Source: a virus. Taken from it: a stretch of 64,000 nucleotides of DNA. The notes beneath the pieces were generated by a model. That model was not told the origin of the DNA. It ran no database searches and was given only the letters and a program-made list of their open reading frames with translations. This document shows positions 58,187 through 64,000 of this stretch, piece after piece. The stretch spans positions 14,082-78,081 of IMG/VR virus record IMGVR_UViG_3300005098_000013, one strand, 5' to 3'. Numbering within the stretch: position 1 is the stretch's first letter; each line of letters opens with the position of its first letter. Made by a program: the position numbers and the translations under genes.

Positions 58187-58817
58187 TCAAAGCCCTGTTG
58201 TAGATGCGGACTTCGTCGATGGTGCCGTTGAATTGATAGTTTGGAACCGAATATTTCCTATTGCCAATTCTTAACACATCATCATTTGCAATAAGTGCGT
58301 AGTTATAATCTTTTTCATCTTCAACCCCATTTTTGTAAAACCTTACTTTGGTTCCAGTATAAACAGCAGCTAAATGTTGCCATTCACCAACAGTTGGAGA
58401 TAAATCACTTTGAAGGTCATGCCAATTAGAACCATCATAGGAGACAAAATTAAGTTTATTATTGGTAAAACCAAAATGATAGTTGGTTGTAAGCACATCT
58501 CTGTCGCCTTTCACTACAATTGCTCTATCGCCACTTATATCGTTCGGTTTCACCCACGCCTCAATCGTAATCTCATCAGTAATATTCAAACTCTCATCAT
58601 TCCCGCAATCACAAAAGGCGGAAGTGCCATTGAACTTGCCAGCGTTGCCATTCTTGCCGATACCCCATTCAACATCTGTGAACGCTGCGTGGTTGTGATG
58701 TCGTGAATAGTCTTTTGCAACGTTGCCTATGCCCTCGGTGAAAGGCACATGAAGCCGCAGACCTGGATCTATGTCAGGTTTCATGTAACCTACAACTTTA
58801 GCCATTGCAGCAATCAT
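58143..58817 (-). CDS. LamG / concanavalin A-like domain protein
   Basis: ITIEAWVKP, WQHLAAVY, FNGTIDEVRIYNRALS. Confidence 0.9.
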   Translation of the reverse strand: MIAAMAKVVGYMKPDIDPGLRLHVPFTEGIGNVAKDYSRHHNHAAFTDVEWGIGKNGNAGKFNGTSAFCDCGNDESLNITDEITIEAWVKPNDISGDRAIVVKGDRDVLTTNYHFGFTNNKLNFVSYDGSNWHDLQSDLSPTVGEWQHLAAVYTGTKVRFYKNGVEDEKDYNYALIANDDVLRIGNRKYSVPNYQFNGTIDEVRIYNRALSAAQNAADCYEACN

Positions 58818-58821
58818 TTTC

Positions 58822-59172
58822 TTATCCTCTTGATAACTTCATCCCTTTCAAAGTTACAGTATAAGTCTCGTCTTCTCCAACATCACCACTTGTTTCTACA
58901 ACTACTTTAGTTGTGCCTTCCAACGTTCGTTGCAAATGGATTGGATGGCTTGTATTATCTGCTACTTCTCCGGTTGCATAGATAATGTGATCATCTTCGT
59001 CCTTCAAGATTAGCTCGTTTGTAAGTGAGCCAATTTCTGGACAGTCAAAATATATATCTGTCAAAACACCGTCGATTACTACTTCTTCAGTCTTCGTCGC
59101 AGTACCGTTAGCTATAGTTATTGTTACAATTCTTTTGAAGTTTGGGTTTGAGACCTCACCTCTTTTCAACAT
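58822..59172 (-). CDS. hypothetical beta-rich protein
   Basis: ORF in operon. Confidence 0.55.
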   Translation of the reverse strand: MLKRGEVSNPNFKRIVTITIANGTATKTEEVVIDGVLTDIYFDCPEIGSLTNELILKDEDDHIIYATGEVADNTSHPIHLQRTLEGTTKVVVETSGDVGEDETYTVTLKGMKLSRG

Positions 59173-59504
59173 TTTTCTTTTTGCTCCGTTTCAGAAAAGC
59201 TTAGGCCATTCAGGTCCTCGTACTTGTTTTGTTCAAGTAGATATTTCTGATAAGCCTCTTTCACCTTTGCCTCTACAAACTTCTTTCTATCTGTTGATGG
59301 CAAATCAGTCACTGGAATTACTATGCTAAAACCAAAACCTTCTACTATCGGTACTGCTTCACGCTGTTCATTGTGCTTGATCCCTATCTGCTTAGTTATA
59401 CTTACTGGCACTTGTATGCTCTTCACTCCCTCTACCTCAACTTCCGCTACCTTTCCTATTCTATATTCTATCATTTCCTTGGCCTCCTGCCCATGCTTTT
59501 TCAA
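59166..59504 (-). CDS. hypothetical protein
   Basis: ORF in operon. Confidence 0.5.
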   Translation of the reverse strand: MKKHGQEAKEMIEYRIGKVAEVEVEGVKSIQVPVSITKQIGIKHNEQREAVPIVEGFGFSIVIPVTDLPSTDRKKFVEAKVKEAYQKYLLEQNKYEDLNGLSFSETEQKEKC

Positions 59505-59546
59505 TTCCTTTCTTATATATTTTCATCTCCTTTTTCTTACCTCCTA

Positions 59547-61028
59547 CTACACTACGACCTTCACTATTCCTCTTGCACCGAAAGATTTGCGAAAAGCCGG
59601 AGAGTGAACGCTGGTAATTCTGGGAATTGGAGAAATACTGAAGGTGCCTGCAGCTGAAACTGCATTGGCTAAGGCATCTGCGACGTCTTTGCTACCTGTC
59701 TTTCTATGATCTACCTTAGTACCGCGAATTAGTTCCAGTTCTTTGAGTTCCTTTACCAAAATGGGGCTTAGATAGAAACTTATCATGTCACTATAGATAA
59801 GTTCCTTAAGCCTGTCGTGTTCCTTCTTCTCCGTATGGTTCTGAACCACTCTAATTCCAGCCTTTTCTATTTTCTGCAAGGTCTCAGGATAATTCCACAC
59901 ATCTGTTGTGAAGCTTACAATCCCTGGAAACCTTTCTGCTATGTCTATAATAAACTGTGCCACTTGGAACGCATCAATTTCGCGTCGCCCTGAAGGCGCA
60001 AAACGATGGACTAGGTCTACTATGCACTTATGATCACTGAAGTGCACAAGAGCCAGGCCAAAGGCATCGTTCTTCACTGCCGGATCACCTGCCAAAAAGT
60101 AGCGTTGTTCAGGAGAAGTTTGCCTGAACCATTCTGCCATGCTTCCATCAGGCAAGATGGGATCTGGCCTGAGAGGATCGATGCATTTATCTATGCTTTG
60201 CGGATCCTTGTAGTAGTTTTCTATGACTAGGCTGGGCTCTGCACCATAGTCTCTTTGAGCCATGTCGGGATTCTTTTGAAACTCAGGTTCGAGAGACTCG
60301 CGCGTGATGTTAGGGTTCACTAACCATGTAGGTAATTGATACCCCAGCATATATTCTGAATGCTTTGACATCTCATAGAGTGTCATGATTACGTCGTCTA
60401 CAGTTACTGGCGATGATATAGATACTATAAGACCTTCATTACCAAAAGTCTTTACTGACCTAGATAATGAATGATAGACATTCCAACCTGAAGCGTTGCC
60501 TTTTGTATCTTTGAACCTTGCCAGCTCATCAAAGAGAACCAGTTTTGCAGTGTGGCCTACTAAGCTTGAAGAGTTAGCGTGCGCACTTCTTATTATAACA
60601 TTGGGATCTGGAAAGATGAGTTCATTGTATCTTTCTTTACATTCACCAGTTTCGATTAGACTTTTGAAATAAGGAGAGTGATGAACCAATTCCTTGTCAG
60701 CCGCAAATACAGTATCGGACGCCTGCTCTTTTGACGTCGCGGTGTTTATGATAAAGATAGCCTGGCCTGGTGCTAAGTTATAGTGTTCAGCAGGGTTGCC
60801 AAGTTGGATTAGTTTGAATGTCTCATACAAACTAATAACTGCAGCCAACCTTGTCTTGCCACTTCTCATTCCACAAATTGCCACAAGCTCATTATAAGGA
60901 CCCTTGTAGAATTCTTCCAAAATTTCTGCTTGCTTAGGGAAAAGCTTGAACTTGAGAATGTAATCTACGAAGTAAAGAGGGTCTAAGGTTGCCTTGAGCT
61001 CCTTCCTGAAATCCGAAGTCAGGCTCAT
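59547..61028 (-). CDS. terL: terminase large subunit
   Basis: Q motif FPKQ, Walker A GMRSGKT, Walker B LVLFDE, ISSP, nuclease GDPA and KDVADA. Confidence 0.93.
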   Translation of the reverse strand: MSLTSDFRKELKATLDPLYFVDYILKFKLFPKQAEILEEFYKGPYNELVAICGMRSGKTRLAAVISLYETFKLIQLGNPAEHYNLAPGQAIFIINTATSKEQASDTVFAADKELVHHSPYFKSLIETGECKERYNELIFPDPNVIIRSAHANSSSLVGHTAKLVLFDELARFKDTKGNASGWNVYHSLSRSVKTFGNEGLIVSISSPVTVDDVIMTLYEMSKHSEYMLGYQLPTWLVNPNITRESLEPEFQKNPDMAQRDYGAEPSLVIENYYKDPQSIDKCIDPLRPDPILPDGSMAEWFRQTSPEQRYFLAGDPAVKNDAFGLALVHFSDHKCIVDLVHRFAPSGRREIDAFQVAQFIIDIAERFPGIVSFTTDVWNYPETLQKIEKAGIRVVQNHTEKKEHDRLKELIYSDMISFYLSPILVKELKELELIRGTKVDHRKTGSKDVADALANAVSAAGTFSISPIPRITSVHSPAFRKSFGARGIVKVVV

Positions 61029-61077
61029 TTTAACCTTCTGTTATAGACTTTGCTGTAAGATAAAATGATTAGTGACC

Positions 61078-61157
61078 CGCCAAAAAAACGAAAAGGAAAT
61101 GGACCAGTAACAGAGACAACTGGTCCCTTTTTCCTTCGTTTATTTAAAAACAGGCGC
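61078..61157 (-). repeat. third copy of the hairpin element at 31490-31713
   Basis: GCGCCTGTTTTTAAATAAACGAAG (23/24 match) followed by GGACCAG/CTGGTCC stem and T tract. Confidence 0.75.
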
Positions 61158-61173
61158 TACTGTGTTTTGAGAC

Positions 61174-61746
61174 TTAAACATTTGCCTCCTCCATTTTTTC
61201 GAGCTTTTCCAAAACCTTTCGCTTACATTCGTCGCAAAGATCCCCTACTACGATCATCTTAAGACTTCTATATTGATTAATGGTAACGTTGCTTTTCTGG
61301 ACCAGCTCGCCTTCAATCTCTGCCAACACTCTTATTTCTTGCCTTAACTCCGCTAAGGCTGAAACTAAAGCCTTGACACCTGAAGCACTGAGATTAGTAG
61401 CGAAGAGGTTGTCTATAAGATCAGAAAGTTGCTGAGCTTTGCCATAAAGCCACTTTGCCTTCTCTTCATGCTCCGGACTCAGAGCCCCAACCTTAGGTAC
61501 TGCCAGGTGCTTGGCCATATGAAGCTTAATTGCCTCAACTGGAATTCCATAGAGCTCTGAGACGTCTTTGTAAAGCGCACTGCCGTCTCTTAGTGAAGCT
61601 TCAATCTCTTTCCGATTAGGCAATGTGCAGAGTTTACAGCTTCCGTCTTGCAGAGGTTTAGTCTGTGGTAGAAGCTTTGTAACATCCAGTGGCATTTGGA
61701 AAAACAAGAGATGTAATACATTTGAGTTTCTTTCAATTAATGCCAA
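61174..61746 (-). CDS. terminase small subunit (putative)
   Basis: Directly upstream of terL; CxxC/HTH/HxxxH and coiled coil. Confidence 0.6.
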   Translation of the reverse strand: MALIERNSNVLHLLFFQMPLDVTKLLPQTKPLQDGSCKLCTLPNRKEIEASLRDGSALYKDVSELYGIPVEAIKLHMAKHLAVPKVGALSPEHEEKAKWLYGKAQQLSDLIDNLFATNLSASGVKALVSALAELRQEIRVLAEIEGELVQKSNVTINQYRSLKMIVVGDLCDECKRKVLEKLEKMEEANV

Positions 61747-62238
61747 ATGCTAACTTTCTCTTATTACCAGCCGCACTTTGCCCCCTCCAGTTTTAGCTTC
61801 GCCTACGATAAGAAATGTGGCAGCCATGCCTCAGTCGCAATAGCCTTGCCTTGGTTGCAACGATCTTAGACGCAATAGACTTTGCCTTAGATAAGCTTGT
61901 CCGAACATATTAACCAACAGTATGCTTGTCTGAAAACACATTGGCCTTAGCCTGCAGCGTGCTTGCTTTAGGTGCAATAAACTGTCTGCCTTCAGGAAAA
62001 TTTGCCTGGGAAATTTGGATGAGCTCGTTACTAGCTAAAATACCACCCCCTCCCCCTTTATTTTATAATACTTCCAACCTCATTCGTATTACTTTTGTGT
62101 TATCAGAACATTTCCTTAATTCGTGTTACTTCGTGTTACTTTATCCTTTTGTCCAGATTTTTATTCCCTTTGTATAATTATCTTATTGTATAAAATATTG
62201 TCTTTTTGTATAATGTGCCGTCCAAAAAAAAAAATATG

Positions 62239-62430
62239 TTATAACAGTGCCATAAACTTGTTGTTTATGTTCTCTATTCTTTCTCTTGTTTCATCACTAA
62301 TATCATATCCCAAGTCCTCTGCCGTCATAATTGCGTATCTCCAGCACATTATAGCATTTAGCAAGTCGTTTATTTCGGTCTCCGTTAGCCTAACTACTGC
62401 TTTATATGGCTCTTTTTCCATTTTTATCAC
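62239..62430 (-). CDS. hypothetical protein
   Basis: GGAGGTGA SD within repeated leader. Confidence 0.55.
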   Translation of the reverse strand: MIKMEKEPYKAVVRLTETEINDLLNAIMCWRYAIMTAEDLGYDISDETRERIENINNKFMALL

Positions 62431-62769
62431 CTCCTAAAGGTTTAAAAAATATGAGGGATAAAGAAATAGTTTACCCCTCCGTAATTTTCCCCCTAAATCA
62501 ATAGTTTTGTTTTTATTATTCCTTCCACGTTTACAAACTGCATTCCTAAAGTCCCATCGTAAAATCTTATAGCATCTCCGTCCTTCCATAATCTCAATGC
62601 TATTCTTAACCATGTTATAGCGGTTTCCCTGTTATCTGTCCCTTCTGGTGCGAAAGAATGTATTAACCTTTCGCTTCTTTTGTCCTGTATTATTATCATA
62701 TATCTTTTCATTTTATCACCTCCTAAAAGTTTAAAAAATATGAGGAGTAAAGAAATAGTTTACCCCTCC
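62421..62769 (-). repeat. two approximately 59-bp intergenic leader repeats (62421-62480, 62711-62769)
   Basis: GGAGGGGTAAACTATTTCTTTA...CTCATATTTTTTAAAC.TTTAGGAGGTGATAAAA. Confidence 0.85.
62493..62711 (-). CDS. hypothetical protein
   Basis: GGAGGTGA SD within repeated leader. Confidence 0.55.
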   Translation of the reverse strand: MKRYMIIIQDKRSERLIHSFAPEGTDNRETAITWLRIALRLWKDGDAIRFYDGTLGMQFVNVEGIIKTKLLI

Positions 62770-62813
62770 ACAGCGTTTTAAGGTTTTAAGGATATAAACA
62801 TATTATATCCTTC

Positions 62814-63143
62814 TTATTCCTTCCACCTGTTCATAATCCGTCTACCTATTGGAAGTTGTCCGTAAGGGTCAGGCACTTGGGGTCTAACCCTCTCTATACT
62901 TCCTTGCCGTTCCAGTTGTCTCATTAATTGATTGATTTGTTGATTTGACACGTGATATTTGTCGCAGAAATACCTGTCTGCGAAAAACATGTCGTTATTT
63001 TCTTGCATCTCCGATACTACTTTTCCCCGTATGCTTATAGCGTCCTTGGCTTTTACTTGGATGGTCTTTATTCCTGTCGCTTTGATTGCCCCTACTTTCT
63101 TTACTTCCGCTTTCTCTTTGTTATCCATTTTTGTTGTTTTCAC
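62814..63143 (-). CDS. winged-helix protein
   Basis: VSNQQINQLMRQLERQGSIER. Confidence 0.55.
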   Translation of the reverse strand: MKTTKMDNKEKAEVKKVGAIKATGIKTIQVKAKDAISIRGKVVSEMQENNDMFFADRYFCDKYHVSNQQINQLMRQLERQGSIERVRPQVPDPYGQLPIGRRIMNRWKE

Positions 63144-63171
63144 CTCCTTATATTATAGTTGTTTAATAGGG

Positions 63172-63189
63172 TATTTAAGACTTTCGGTT
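63172..63189 (-). promoter_or_regulatory. archaeal BRE-TATA promoter
   Basis: Minus strand AACCGAAAGT-CTTAAATA, about 25 nt upstream of the SD/start of 62814-63143. Confidence 0.7.
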
Positions 63190-63240
63190 TTTTAATTTAT
63201 GTTACCTTTATAGATAAGATATATTAGTGCTTTATTGATT

Positions 63241-63452
63241 GCGTCATATCAAAGGCATTATATGACATTCCTAAAGCCAAATACAAAGCCTTATTTGATT
63301 AACGAAGTCTTGAGAAGGTTTTAATTATTGTAGTGTCATATCAAAGGTTTTATATGACACGTTGCCCTCTTCTTAAAATAGGGCGCTGGGTTAATAAAGC
63401 CTTGAGAAGGCTTCAATAAGGTGAGTGTCATAAATAAGGTTTTATATGACAT
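63241..63452. repeat. three 28-bp palindromic sites spaced 92 bp apart
   Basis: GTGTCATAT-N10-ATATGACAC at about 63241, 63333 and 63425. Confidence 0.8.
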
Positions 63453-64000
63453 TCTTTATTACTTCTGTATGTTTTATAGTCTACATTATTGATGTATGCT
63501 TTATTATTTCCACCTTCTTTATAACTTACATTATTGATGTGTTCTTTATTACTTCTTTACCTTATATATGTTTTATAACTAACATAACCTTTATTACTTC
63601 AATACCTATTGTTTATTCCAAGAGATAAGGCTATTTTATTCTGGATTGAAGCTTTATTACTTTAATAGTTATTGTTTAATCCAAGAGATAAGACTGTATG
63701 TGAATGGGCTGGAGTCAAAAATTCCACCTAAAAATGGCCTTTTTCCGCCTAAAAGTCGCCCAAAAAGCCACTCTAGATGCCTAAACTTGCCACTTAAGGT
63801 GCCTTAAACTCATTTTATGCCCCTTTCCTCACCAAAAACTGCAACTTAGGCCGCTCCGGAGCCACTTTCCAGTCGATTTAAGCTTCAAAACGTTTGCCTT
63901 AGGCTACTTTCCAATTACTTCGGCCCCGGAACCTAACTTAGGCACGCTTTCCAACTGCCTTAAGCCTCAAAAGCCCAGGCTGAGGTCCCCCTTCCTCAGC

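Larger units (their letters stand above)
1..64000. mobile_element. Archaeal tailed virus (Caudoviricetes, contractile tail), near-complete genome
   Basis: Terminase, portal, protease, capsid, sheath, tape measure and baseplate J in canonical order; archaeal-type replication genes and expression signals; no cellular housekeeping loci. Confidence 0.93.

Noticed and set aside
63241-63452. Possible mini-CRISPR array
   Set aside because: Intervals are about 64 bp and share sequence with each other, unlike unique 30-45 bp spacers
1-64000. Integrase/att site, stop-codon reassignment and a specific host assignment
   Set aside because: No recombinase motifs seen; long genes read through normally in the standard code; host cannot be determined beyond a probably anaerobic archaeon

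Overview
Most or all of the genome of an archaeal head-tail virus (Caudoviricetes) with a contractile, myovirus-type tail. Archaeal features include GGAGGTGA Shine-Dalgarno sites, BRE/TATA promoters, an MCM-like helicase, PolB and an ERCC4 nuclease. Layout: (i) 1-6.2 kb and 62.2-63.2 kb, small early-type genes with several winged-helix/RHH regulators; (ii) 6.4-21.4 kb, replication/recombination genes (intein-containing MCM-like and AAA ATPases, OB-fold protein, PolB, dUTPase, Cas4-like nuclease) interleaved with a complete preQ0 pathway (folE2, queD, queE, queC), a TGT/DpdA-like barrel and tRNA-like RNAs; (iii) 21.6-32.2 kb, a glycosylation island (GT4, GT2, TagF-like, DegT, Gfo/Idh/MocA, GMD, acetyltransferase) that also holds a ThyA-like enzyme and a stand-alone NrdD glycyl-radical tail; (iv) 33.8-61.7 kb (- strand), morphogenesis from terminase to tail fibres. 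The most striking element lies between portal and scaffold. A 1200-aa protein joins an ATP-dependent ligase, a DUF6884-like domain, two LigD phosphoesterase-like domains and the prohead protease. A 517-aa protein joins a nucleotidyltransferase and a TGT/DpdA-like domain. These two and a 96-aa protein share a helical module, and the two large proteins carry recurring [KE]L[SA][AE] linkers. I infer a protease-processed, virion-packaged nucleic-acid repair/modification kit. All calls come from motif recognition by eye; no searches were run. No integrase was seen.
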